A stretch of 23,457 nt of DNA from NCBI GenBank assembly GCA_045105515.1, contig JBGCDR010000451.1, positions 1 through 23,457 on the forward strand, in the 5' to 3' direction. This document shows, in pieces, positions 8,159 through 16,846 of this stretch (position 1 is its first letter; each line of letters starts with the position of its first letter). The notes under the pieces are model-generated. The model was not told the DNA's origin and made no database searches. It saw nothing but the letters and a program-made list of their open reading frames with translations. Source of the DNA: Oligoflexales bacterium. GTDB lineage: Bacteria; Bdellovibrionota_B; Oligoflexia; Oligoflexales; Bog-1112. The position numbers were made by a program, and so were the translations under genes.

Positions 8159-9658
8159 ATGCTGAAAACAAGGCTTTTGAGTCTATCTCTTGCTTGCACC
8201 TTTCTTCTACCTACTACATTAATTGCTGGTAAAAAGAAAAAACACAAGCAAAAATATGGTCATTCTTCCTTGATGAAGGCTGCGATACCCTTTGGTGGGG
8301 TTTTTGGTGCCGTAATGCTAGGTAAAAAAGCAAAGAAAATGAAAGGTGGTAAGATGCTGATGGCAGCTGGTTTAGCAGCTGGTGCATATATGATCTACAA
8401 AAATAAAAAGAAGAAAAAACACTCCAAACATGGCACTTACACCCAGTATGCAATACGGGATCACTATAATTCAGAATTCGAAGTGGTCGGAGCCATGAAT
8501 CAAAAAGGCATCACTGACTTTAATCTCATTATTGGGATTGATGCAAGCGCTCGCCAATCAGCACAAGTAAGTAAGCCCCATGCCATGGAAAATGGTTACT
8601 TTAATGAATTTCAGGCTGCCATGCAGACCTTTGCTAGTACCTTTGCTCGTTATGATTCTGATAATATCTTTCCCAGCTATATTTTTGGTGACCAGCAAGC
8701 TCACAACCATATGATATATGATATGTCTTCTCGTTCTCATATTCCTATTGATTACCCAGGGCATATTGATGGTTTAGTGGGAACTGATGATGTGATGGCT
8801 GCATATGATGATAGCTTTTCACCCAATGGGCGTAAGGCAGTCTATCCAGGAAATCACCCAACTAACTTGATTCCCATCATCAAGCAAGGGATCAATATCG
8901 TTAAAAGGACCGGACAGTACCATATATTAGTGGTATTCACCTATGGAAGCTTAGGTAATCAATCTCCACAGCAAAGCATGCAAACTCAAACCCCCTACGG
9001 CTATGGTACCAATCAAATGCATGGGGGAGCATATAACCAGTATGGTCAAGGTTATCATCATCAAGGACATGGATCATCCGCCGCATTAATGGAGCATATG
9101 CGCATCCTTGCGGAAGCTGCTCATTATCCTCTTTCGATCATAGTGGTAGGACTAGGCGATGGGCCTTTTAATGAAATGATGTACCTAGATGATCAGATGG
9201 AAAGTCAAGGCATCACCCGCCTTTTTGATAACTTTCAATTTGTGCCATTTAGAGAGGTGACTGGCTTTCATCCAAATTGGGGAAATCAGGAAATTCCTCA
9301 ACCGCAACGGGCAGCATTTATGGTGGAAGCTCTTAGTGAGGTTCCTGCACAATTTCAACTTATTAAGCAGTTAGGTCTCTTAGGTCCAGGATATCACCAC
9401 GGAAATACTGGAAATAAACAAAGTTTTATGAAGGATATGTTTACCAAAATGAATGGCTACATCAAGCCTATTTTTTCCGGGCATAAGCATGGAACTCAAT
9501 TGCCACCACACTACCAAGGTTCCCATGGTTCTCCTTATTCACAGCAAAATTATCAACAGCAGTCTTATCAAAACCAAGGCTATCAAACTTATCCAAACCA
9601 AGGATCTTACCAACCCTATCAGGGTGGTGGCGGGTATCATGGTCAGGGATATCCTTAA
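8159..9658 (+). CDS. Secreted copine/RGLG-type vWA domain protein with Gln/Tyr/Gly/His-rich low-complexity regions
   Basis: NLIIGID, RYDSDNIFPSYIFGD, PTNLIPII, GQYHILVV, YPLSIIVVGLGDGPF, RLFDNFQFVPF and ALSEVPAQF match the copine vWA motif series. AGGAGG RBS and signal peptide present. Confidence 0.85.
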   Translation: MLKTRLLSLSLACTFLLPTTLIAGKKKKHKQKYGHSSLMKAAIPFGGVFGAVMLGKKAKKMKGGKMLMAAGLAAGAYMIYKNKKKKKHSKHGTYTQYAIRDHYNSEFEVVGAMNQKGITDFNLIIGIDASARQSAQVSKPHAMENGYFNEFQAAMQTFASTFARYDSDNIFPSYIFGDQQAHNHMIYDMSSRSHIPIDYPGHIDGLVGTDDVMAAYDDSFSPNGRKAVYPGNHPTNLIPIIKQGINIVKRTGQYHILVVFTYGSLGNQSPQQSMQTQTPYGYGTNQMHGGAYNQYGQGYHHQGHGSSAALMEHMRILAEAAHYPLSIIVVGLGDGPFNEMMYLDDQMESQGITRLFDNFQFVPFREVTGFHPNWGNQEIPQPQRAAFMVEALSEVPAQFQLIKQLGLLGPGYHHGNTGNKQSFMKDMFTKMNGYIKPIFSGHKHGTQLPPHYQGSHGSPYSQQNYQQQSYQNQGYQTYPNQGSYQPYQGGGGYHGQGYP

Positions 9659-9666
9659 TGCAAAGC

Positions 9667-11040
9667 CTAAGTTGAAGCTTCTTCTTGAACAGGCATAGGC
9701 TTCATGCGTTTGTAGAGTTTGGGTAAGTTTTTTGTCATCTTCCAAAAGTCTTTGATGCTTGGGTTAGCTGCTTTGAGCAGAAAGGGAGTGGCAGCTCGGG
9801 TAAATGAAGCTTTTGGTGAAATCCCAGTTGCCAGTCCTTCTATGGTTAATAAGGTTTTGGCCATGATAAATAGCCCTCTGGGAATCGGAATTCCCAGCTT
9901 ATCAGCAGCTTTAAAACAAGAGTTGATAAGAGTATGAAGTTTTACCTTTTTTCCTTGCTCCCTAGCTTTTTTGGTTAAAGCAAGAACCTTTCTTAGCTCA
10001 TATTCCACCTGTTCGCGACCCACTTCGACATTTTCCTCTTTAGCAATATCTATGAGTGCATCAACAAGCATAGAGAAATCTAGAGTTAAAATTGATTTAA
10101 GGACAGAAGAGATATAGCGTCTATCTTTATCAGAAAATTCTCCTGTTAAACCCCAATCAAAGAGGCCGATGCTACCATCTTCTAGAAGGATTAAATTCCC
10201 AGCATGTGGATCTCCATGAAATAAGCCCCATTCAAAAATTTGTACTAAAAACTCCTTTAAGACATTCTGTGCTAGTTTGTCTTTGACCCTATCTGAAAGA
10301 TGTTGCTTTTTTTGGAGCAGTTCCTTGAAGGGGATACCCTCAAAATATTCAATCGTTAAAATATCTGGAGTGCATAGTGATTCACACACTTCGGGAATTT
10401 TTATTATCTGGCTTTTTTGTTTTTTCAATTTGTTTTGAATTTTTTTAATGTTTTTCTTTTCTAAATCCAAACGAACTTCTTTACGCAGTGAAGAAGAGAA
10501 ATCTTCCCATTCTTTGAAGAATTTTTGTACGATCGGAGTGTTTCCGGCAACTTTAGATAGGCTTATGACTTCGTTGAGTGCTTTGAGAGTCTCTTGGATG
10601 CGCTTTTTAGCCTTCGGTTTGACAAATTTCATAGCCCAACGCTTGCCATTCAAGTCTGTTATCACATGGACCTGTGCCATTGATGCTACCCCAATCGGTT
10701 TTGGTTCTATGCGAATACTTTGTTTCCAACCAGGAAATTCCTTATCCAGTATTTTTTGTATTTCAGGAAAGTCCAATGGAGGCCAGTCATCGTAGATACG
10801 GTCTAAGCCTGTTTTCTTTATGAGCTTGTCACACTGAGGAGGAAGGCTATTGATGCCAATTTGGGATATTTTTCCATAAATGGGTCCGAGCTCATTCATG
10901 CATTGAATGGTCATATCCCCTACAACCCGAGTTTTAAACAATCTAGTCCATTTTTTGTCGAGGATTGAGGTCCATACGTGCCGGTTACTTGCCCTGACAC
11001 AAAAAAAGGGAACCTTTACCATTTCTTTAAAAATTTCCAT
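9667..11040 (-). CDS. ABC1/UbiB/AarF family atypical kinase
   Basis: PIGVASMAQVH, AMKFVKP, LTIEYFEG, FHGDPHAGN, LFDWG and KTLLTIEG. Confidence 0.92.
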   Translation of the reverse strand: MEIFKEMVKVPFFCVRASNRHVWTSILDKKWTRLFKTRVVGDMTIQCMNELGPIYGKISQIGINSLPPQCDKLIKKTGLDRIYDDWPPLDFPEIQKILDKEFPGWKQSIRIEPKPIGVASMAQVHVITDLNGKRWAMKFVKPKAKKRIQETLKALNEVISLSKVAGNTPIVQKFFKEWEDFSSSLRKEVRLDLEKKNIKKIQNKLKKQKSQIIKIPEVCESLCTPDILTIEYFEGIPFKELLQKKQHLSDRVKDKLAQNVLKEFLVQIFEWGLFHGDPHAGNLILLEDGSIGLFDWGLTGEFSDKDRRYISSVLKSILTLDFSMLVDALIDIAKEENVEVGREQVEYELRKVLALTKKAREQGKKVKLHTLINSCFKAADKLGIPIPRGLFIMAKTLLTIEGLATGISPKASFTRAATPFLLKAANPSIKDFWKMTKNLPKLYKRMKPMPVQEEAST

Positions 11041-11186
11041 ATTTTCTCCTCTAGGTGCTACCCTAAATAGGCTTCGTCAGATGATGCCTGAGACTTTATT
11101 AATACTCTGTTAATCTTGGTGAAATATAAAGATATTAGAAGGTAAAGATTCAAAGAGCAAGCTTATGCTAGGCAATTTCTCAGTCG

Positions 11187-11990
11187 CTATTTACTTAATT
11201 CAGCGTTATATTTTTGCTTTATTGCCTTGAGCAATTTAGTATCTTTTTTAACTTTGTCCATTGCAGTTTGATAAGCTTTAACCGTACTATCTGGAAAAGC
11301 TTTATTTAGTGCGAAATAGACTTCTTTCTTGTCGATTTTTAGCTTCTCTTCTAAATCATCTATCTTAATTCCTAGCTGCTTCATCCGCCATTTTAGCGTA
11401 GTGAAGTTGTATGATATATAGGGTGCTCGACCTTTTCTTAGCATTTGAACCATTTGTTCAGCAGTTGTGACTGCATGGATATTTGATTCCGGAACACCAT
11501 GTTTCGTTAAAGTTGATTGGCCAATACCTTCGCGTTCGGTAATAAAAGTAAATTTTTTCAATTCACCGGCGTTGACCAGTTCAGGTGAACTTTTTAAGCC
11601 AATAACCGTTACCGAATGGTCTGTAATTGGCCCAAACCATTTGAACATTTTTTCTCTTTCTTTACTTCTAACCATCACAAATAGTCCATTATAAGAACCT
11701 TGATTTTGAATTTTATTGTAAGCTTGGGCCCAAGGAACAATACTGATTTTGTCATCATTCGACTTTCGCCCCATTTCCTTCAAAACAGCCTCAAGCACTT
11801 CAACTCCGATCCCAGCTGGATTATCACCTTTATCAGCAAAATTGTAAGGAGGGTAGACCTCTGTCATCCAGTTGACCTTTAAAACTTTATTTTTGTCATA
11901 ATTGAACGACGATTTCTGGGCTAATGCCCCAGAATATACTTGACCTACTAGAAATAAGACAGCAAGGAATGATTTAAGGTTGATTCTCAT
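11187..11990 (-). CDS. Family 3 periplasmic solute-binding protein (orphan)
   Basis: Signal peptide; TEVYPPYNF, VPWAQAY, RSKEREKMFKWFGPI and YFALNK. Confidence 0.9.
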   Translation of the reverse strand: MRINLKSFLAVLFLVGQVYSGALAQKSSFNYDKNKVLKVNWMTEVYPPYNFADKGDNPAGIGVEVLEAVLKEMGRKSNDDKISIVPWAQAYNKIQNQGSYNGLFVMVRSKEREKMFKWFGPITDHSVTVIGLKSSPELVNAGELKKFTFITEREGIGQSTLTKHGVPESNIHAVTTAEQMVQMLRKGRAPYISYNFTTLKWRMKQLGIKIDDLEEKLKIDKKEVYFALNKAFPDSTVKAYQTAMDKVKKDTKLLKAIKQKYNAELSK

Positions 11991-12006
11991 GATGATCCTT
12001 TCGAAA

Positions 12007-12258
12007 CTATGATTTTTGCTTGATAAGGTTTTGTAGTTTTAAAAACACCTCTTTTTTGCGGAGTAATTTACAAGTTTCTATCATATCTTTAGGTGCTGCG
12101 TTGCTTTTCATTGTTTCAATCATTTCTGTTAATTTTAGGTTGCGTTGTAATTCATTTAGAGAGGATAATTTGGTAAAAAATTCGCCGAGTTGTTGATCGT
12201 CGCGAAGCAGTGCTGCTAGCCGAATAAACGTGTCTTCTGTAGGTTTTTGCTGTGACAT
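12007..12258 (-). CDS. Hypothetical helical protein (83 aa)
   Basis: ATG 12258 (MSQQKP) begins 8 bp after the cyclase stop with an AGGA RBS. It fills the gap between the cyclase and SBP genes on the same strand. Confidence 0.7.
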   Translation of the reverse strand: MSQQKPTEDTFIRLAALLRDDQQLGEFFTKLSSLNELQRNLKLTEMIETMKSNAAPKDMIETCKLLRKKEVFLKLQNLIKQKS

Positions 12259-12266
12259 GCACTGTC

Positions 12267-14633
12267 CTATTTCGAAGTGAGAACATAAACTCCACCCCAA
12301 TCATCAGGCGGAGGATTTTCTTTATAAGCTTTGCAGCGGTCAATATAGACAAGCGAAGGATTGGTTTTTTTGCCTTTTAAGTCTGGATAACGCTCATACT
12401 CTAGTCCTAAGGTTACTTGAAATTGAGCAATGGCTTCATCCCACTTCATGTCTTTATAGAGGGCTATGCCTTTATGGAATTCATCCTTGAGCTTGATTAA
12501 TCCAGGTGCGGTGCGCCCCTTCAAACCCAATAAGTCATAGGTGGTCACTGGTTCCTCTTTACCTACCACGCGAATAGTATCTAGCTCGCGCATTTCGAAG
12601 TGACCTCCAGTTAAGTCCATGGTGAATTTGGAAACTTGGGTAAATATTCCGTATTGCTTTGCAGCTTCTTCCAAGCGTGCAGCAAGGTTCACAGAGTCAC
12701 CCATCATCGTATAGTTCATCCGGTCTCGTGATCCCATATTGCCTGTGACAATTTCGCCAGAGTTGATACCAATACGCATACGCATTTCTTTAACTATCTG
12801 AGGCCATTTATCTCCTTCAGACGCCCATTTTTTGCGTAATTCTAGGAGAGTTTCTTGCATTCTGAGTGCAACAAAGCAAGCTTTTGCAGCGTGATCAGGT
12901 AGTGTCATGGGTGCACCAAAAAAAGCGATGATAGCATCCCCTTCATACTTGTCCAAGGTGCCTTTGTTTTCCAGAAGAATGTCAGTCATTGCAGTTAGGT
13001 ATTCGTTAAGCAGCTCGACCAGTTCGGTCGCAGAAAGTTTTTCCGAAAATGACGAGAAACCTTGAATATCGGTGAAATATGCCGTGATGATTCCACTCGT
13101 TCCACCTAGTTGTGGTGGTTCACCACTGCTGTACATTTCGTCAATTAGCTCAGGAGAGATATAACTACCAAAAGCGCTCTTAAGGAACTTTTTATCTTTT
13201 TCTTCAGTAATGTATTTAAATAAGTTGGTGAGCACAAACATGCTCAAGATCTCGACGTAAGGTACAAATAGATAAGCCCAAACCCCGTTCGCAAACCAAA
13301 CGTATTTATCGAAATAGTAATATCCAATAAGAAACATTAGGACTGCAATACCGGAAATAACTGCTTTTCCCCAGATCATGAGAGGTGCAAATAATAAGCC
13401 GACAATTAGGACAATTAGTAGTTCAGTTTGATAAATAGTCTTAGGTCTTTTCAGATAATTGCTACGGATGATATTGTCGAGTGCGGCTGCGTGATTTTCC
13501 GCACCGTCAATAGATGGATCAAATGGGTTAGGCCTAATATCATTGATGCCGGTGGCTGTGGCACCTAGCAAAAGCACACTACCTTTTAGGGCTTTACGCT
13601 CCTTTTTTGTATACTTATTTAAATAGGCATCAGCGAGGCTAAAATGATGAAATGCTCGTCCTGGGCCTCTATGGTTAGCTAGAATACGTCCAGCTCCATT
13701 TGCATCGATGGGAATTTCTATAGAATCAGCTTCATCCTCCCGACTTGGAAGGGCTATAGCTTCAATGGTTTGGTCGTCAAAGATGACATAAATATCGCGA
13801 TCGAGGAACTCAGCAGCTGTTTTAAGGCTAAGAGAGGGCATAAGTTTGCCATCGATATTTGCGAGCAAGGTCACCCATCGATTGATGGCATCATCATCAG
13901 CATCGTTACTAAAAAAAGCAAAATGCTCCCCTACATCATTATAAAGCTGGGTGTTGGTGACGACCCCGTAGCCTTTATTGAGAAACAAATAGTCATCCAA
14001 GGTTTTGCCTTCAGGCATATCATAGGCTAATTCTGATATGTCTGCCATATGTTCCAGACCAACAAATGGGTTGCGTTTACCAAAATTGTTTTTGGTTTCA
14101 AATAGGGAGCCAAAGTAGAAAAACCCCATGATTATATTGGTGAAATCTTGGATGCCTCTAGTCATGATTATATCACTTGGTGAATTATCGATCATACTTA
14201 GGATTTGGTTTTGTTTATCTTGGAGGTTTTGTTGACTGAGATCTGAGATTTGTTTCTTTGCATCTTCGAGTAAAGTTTTCTCTGGCTCAGCCCAAACTGC
14301 ATCAAAGGCAATCCACTTGACCCCAAGTTTTTTCAAATTTGCAAAAGCTCTAGCATAGTAGCGTCGAGAGAAAGGCCAGCGTCCAAATTTTCTTAAAGAT
14401 TTTTCATCAATTGCAAGAATACCTACTTTTGTCGGGGTCTTGTCTACCCCTCGTTGATGCAATTTCCAGTCAAAAATCTTACTTTCAATTTTGTATACAA
14501 AGTCATCCCTACCCCAAGAACGGTAATGATAGAAAAGGGTTGTAAAACTACCAGAGATCACCACCAGGCATATCAGAATCAACTGCCAGTTTTTACGTAA
14601 GCTCTTTTGAATTGCTTTTAATGTTTCAATCAT
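12267..14633 (-). CDS. CHASE2-domain class III adenylate/guanylate cyclase
   Basis: IDEKSL..FGRWPFSR (CHASE2), three TM helices, FTDIQGFS, DKYEGDAIIAFFGAP, RIGINSG and YTMMGDSVNLAARLE; C-terminal PPPDDWGGV. Confidence 0.95.
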   Translation of the reverse strand: MIETLKAIQKSLRKNWQLILICLVVISGSFTTLFYHYRSWGRDDFVYKIESKIFDWKLHQRGVDKTPTKVGILAIDEKSLRKFGRWPFSRRYYARAFANLKKLGVKWIAFDAVWAEPEKTLLEDAKKQISDLSQQNLQDKQNQILSMIDNSPSDIIMTRGIQDFTNIIMGFFYFGSLFETKNNFGKRNPFVGLEHMADISELAYDMPEGKTLDDYLFLNKGYGVVTNTQLYNDVGEHFAFFSNDADDDAINRWVTLLANIDGKLMPSLSLKTAAEFLDRDIYVIFDDQTIEAIALPSREDEADSIEIPIDANGAGRILANHRGPGRAFHHFSLADAYLNKYTKKERKALKGSVLLLGATATGINDIRPNPFDPSIDGAENHAAALDNIIRSNYLKRPKTIYQTELLIVLIVGLLFAPLMIWGKAVISGIAVLMFLIGYYYFDKYVWFANGVWAYLFVPYVEILSMFVLTNLFKYITEEKDKKFLKSAFGSYISPELIDEMYSSGEPPQLGGTSGIITAYFTDIQGFSSFSEKLSATELVELLNEYLTAMTDILLENKGTLDKYEGDAIIAFFGAPMTLPDHAAKACFVALRMQETLLELRKKWASEGDKWPQIVKEMRMRIGINSGEIVTGNMGSRDRMNYTMMGDSVNLAARLEEAAKQYGIFTQVSKFTMDLTGGHFEMRELDTIRVVGKEEPVTTYDLLGLKGRTAPGLIKLKDEFHKGIALYKDMKWDEAIAQFQVTLGLEYERYPDLKGKKTNPSLVYIDRCKAYKENPPPDDWGGVYVLTSK

Positions 14634-14702
14634 AGTTTTTATTTCTGTGCTTGTTGGTATTGAGTAGGTCTTCGGAACTCTAGGGGAGAGCTTGAGCTGG
14701 AA

Positions 14703-15744
14703 GTGTTGCTCGGAGTAATTTGATCATTAATTTGCGTGTATAAAGTTAGATCAAGTGGATCTTTTCTCAAATTAGTGATTCTATTTTATATGTATTGATT
14801 AGCCTCTGAATGATTTGGTCAAAAAAATTAGATGAAGATTAACGCATTCCAAATATATTCTGAATTTGGCTTGGAAATATAGTTTTTTGAGTTATTCACT
14901 GAATTTTGGATACAAGGTTTCAAGCTGCTAAGGAAAAAAAGTAAATAGTTATAACTGTTTTTGGGTTTTATTAAGGCACAGTTTCTCTTCTAAATGCCGC
15001 CAAAAGCTCCGCCCTAAAACTTATCGCCAGAACATCCCCAATGGTATGAGAATTTTCGAATATTTCTTTTTTAAGCATCGATATTTTGGACATTGCAGCA
15101 TTGAGCAAGTTGAGAACAAATCTTTTGACAGATTTCCCTGGATTAATATTTGCAGACTCGTAAGTGTCAAGAAGTTGTGCGAAAAGTTTATATTCTTCCT
15201 CATTAATAGCTATTTTAGCTAAACAAGCTGGGTTTATCCGCCAGCACGCAGAGCAGTAAAGGTCAGAGTTTGGCTTAGTTCCATCGACTTTAAAGCGATT
15301 AAGCCAGATATAAGGCATAAGCTGAAGGAAGTAAGACTCAGTGCTGACAATTGGTGATTTAAACCTTTCACGGATAGCTTGGCTATCACGCTTAAAATAA
15401 TTGTTAATAAACCTTGCTAGGAGGGAATTAACAGTACGCATAAAATTACTTAAGGAAAATTGATTGGGGACCTTGAGAAGGAGGTGAGCATGGTTGTCCA
15501 TAATAATGAAGTCATAAATTAAGATGCCATATTTTTTCTTAAATTTAGCCCCCAAGGAGAGCAAGTATTCTTTAATTTCTTTAGGTTTCAGCAAGAATTG
15601 TCGGTTATGACACCTAAAGAAGACATGGGTGAACGAACTATCTTGAATGATGAGGCGTCGTGGATACATGTAAGGGATGATGGCATAAATCTTTTTTATT
15701 TTCAAAGGACATCTGACATAAAACCTGTGTTAAAATTACTCCGA
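14703..15744 (-). mobile_element. Intact HUH/Y1 (RAYT-like) transposase element bounded by 12-bp inverted repeat
   Basis: TCGGAGTAATTT (14710-14721) and AAATTACTCCGA (15733-15744) are a perfect inverted repeat around the transposase and a 240-bp non-coding arm. Homology to the second copy runs from 14703 to 15736. Confidence 0.8.
14971..15669 (-). CDS. Y1 tyrosine (HUH) transposase, REP-associated type
   Basis: MYPRRL..THVFFRCHNRQFLL N-terminus, HUH motif MDNHAHLL, RERFKS, and catalytic Tyr in YIWLNR. ATG 15669 is preferred over TTG 15705. Confidence 0.88.
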   Translation of the reverse strand: MYPRRLIIQDSSFTHVFFRCHNRQFLLKPKEIKEYLLSLGAKFKKKYGILIYDFIIMDNHAHLLLKVPNQFSLSNFMRTVNSLLARFINNYFKRDSQAIRERFKSPIVSTESYFLQLMPYIWLNRFKVDGTKPNSDLYCSACWRINPACLAKIAINEEEYKLFAQLLDTYESANINPGKSVKRFVLNLLNAAMSKISMLKKEIFENSHTIGDVLAISFRAELLAAFRRETVP

Positions 15745-15789
15745 TCACCAACTATTCAGCAACTATTAAAATTACGCTTAATTTAAGGG

Positions 15790-16560
15790 ATGTGCATGAA
15801 AATTTGTCGTTTATTATTGCTTTCAATTGTGTGCCTCGGTTCATCATCAAACTTACTAGCCCAAAATTCTCCAAAGCTGTCTTTTTATACAGAAGAATTT
15901 CCTCCCTATAATTTTAAGTACAATTCAATTGAAAGAGATATAGATGGAATTGCTGTTAGATTGTTAGAGAAAATTCACCGACAAATGGGCAAAAGTAAAA
16001 AAGATTATAGAATGAACTTGGGTATTTGGGCGAGAGGATATCAACTTGCGCAGAAAAAAGGACAGCAAGTGGTTCTATTTTCCACAACTAGAACTGAGAG
16101 TAGAGAAAAGTTATTCAAGTGGGTTGGACCTATCACGAAAACAACAATATCTCTTATAAAGCGGAAAGATTCTCTAGCAACTATTAGTAAAGGCAGTGAT
16201 TTTCTTAAATTTAAGTACTGTGTAATTAAAGATGCTATAGGGGATATTTTGATAAGAGAAAAGAAAGTTCCTGAAGAGCTGATCAACGCAAAAACTAAGT
16301 TTGAAGAACTTTTAACACTCCTTCTGCAAAAAGATTGCGATTTTCTTGCCTATAACCAGAAAGTTTCTGAATGGTTGATGAAACAACACAGTTTCAATAA
16401 AGATGATTTCGTAGTAGATTATGAATTAAAGACTAGTAAACTATATTTTGCTTTCAATAAATCAATTTCAGATAAAGTAGTAAATTCCTACCAGAACGCT
16501 CTTGATGATATTATCAAAAAAAATCCAAACTACTTGAAAGAAATAGAGTCTCTGTTTTAA
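15790..16560 (+). CDS. Family 3 periplasmic solute-binding protein (orphan)
   Basis: Signal peptide; TEEFPPYNF, WARGY, RTESREKLFKWVGPI and YFAFNK; same family as 11187-11990. The start may be ATG 15796. Confidence 0.9.
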   Translation: MCMKICRLLLLSIVCLGSSSNLLAQNSPKLSFYTEEFPPYNFKYNSIERDIDGIAVRLLEKIHRQMGKSKKDYRMNLGIWARGYQLAQKKGQQVVLFSTTRTESREKLFKWVGPITKTTISLIKRKDSLATISKGSDFLKFKYCVIKDAIGDILIREKKVPEELINAKTKFEELLTLLLQKDCDFLAYNQKVSEWLMKQHSFNKDDFVVDYELKTSKLYFAFNKSISDKVVNSYQNALDDIIKKNPNYLKEIESLF

Positions 16561-16570
16561 AAATGTTAGG

Positions 16571-16735
16571 TCAGAGTAAATCTGAGACGAGCTTCAAATC
16601 AAATTTTTGGCATATTTATTTATCAAATCGCCAGATTTTAGCCCGCCGAAATCCACATCTTTTCTCAAATTAGGTACTTTTTGTGAACATATTATGCCAT
16701 AATTTTGATTTAGAAGATTTTCAAAATTGCTCCGT
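16571..16735. mobile_element. Short non-autonomous module with ends related to the Y1 element
   Basis: Left TCAGAGTAAATCTGA (cf. TCGGAGTAATTTGA) and right AAAATTGCTCCGT. It contains ATCTTTTCTCAAATTAG, also at 14759. 16675-16744 matches 22849-22918 at 67/70 nt. Confidence 0.6.
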
Positions 16736-16736
16736 C

Positions 16737-16822
16737 CAACTATTCCACAACTATTCCCAACTATTCCCAACTATTCCCCCAACTATTCCCCCAACTATTC
16801 CCCAACTATTCCCCCAACTATT
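16737..16822 (+). repeat. Tandem array of 8 x CAACTATT separated by short C-rich linkers
   Basis: Units start at 16737, 16748, 16758, 16768, 16780, 16792, 16803 and 16815 (period 10-12 nt). Confidence 0.95.
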
Positions 16823-16846
16823 CTTCACAGGCTTGGTGCTTGTATC

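Noticed and set aside
12059..12069. Exact CGGAGTAATTT match to the element end motif
   Set aside because: Lies inside an intact ORF (codons KLLR) with no partner end or CAACTATT; treated as chance.
14971..15669. IS605-type element with tnpB
   Set aside because: No RuvC/zinc-finger TnpB ORF is adjacent; the protein is longer than IS200 TnpA and has RAYT-like motifs.
16737..16822. Possible CRISPR array
   Set aside because: Units are 10-12 nt with no unique spacers, and there are no cas genes.
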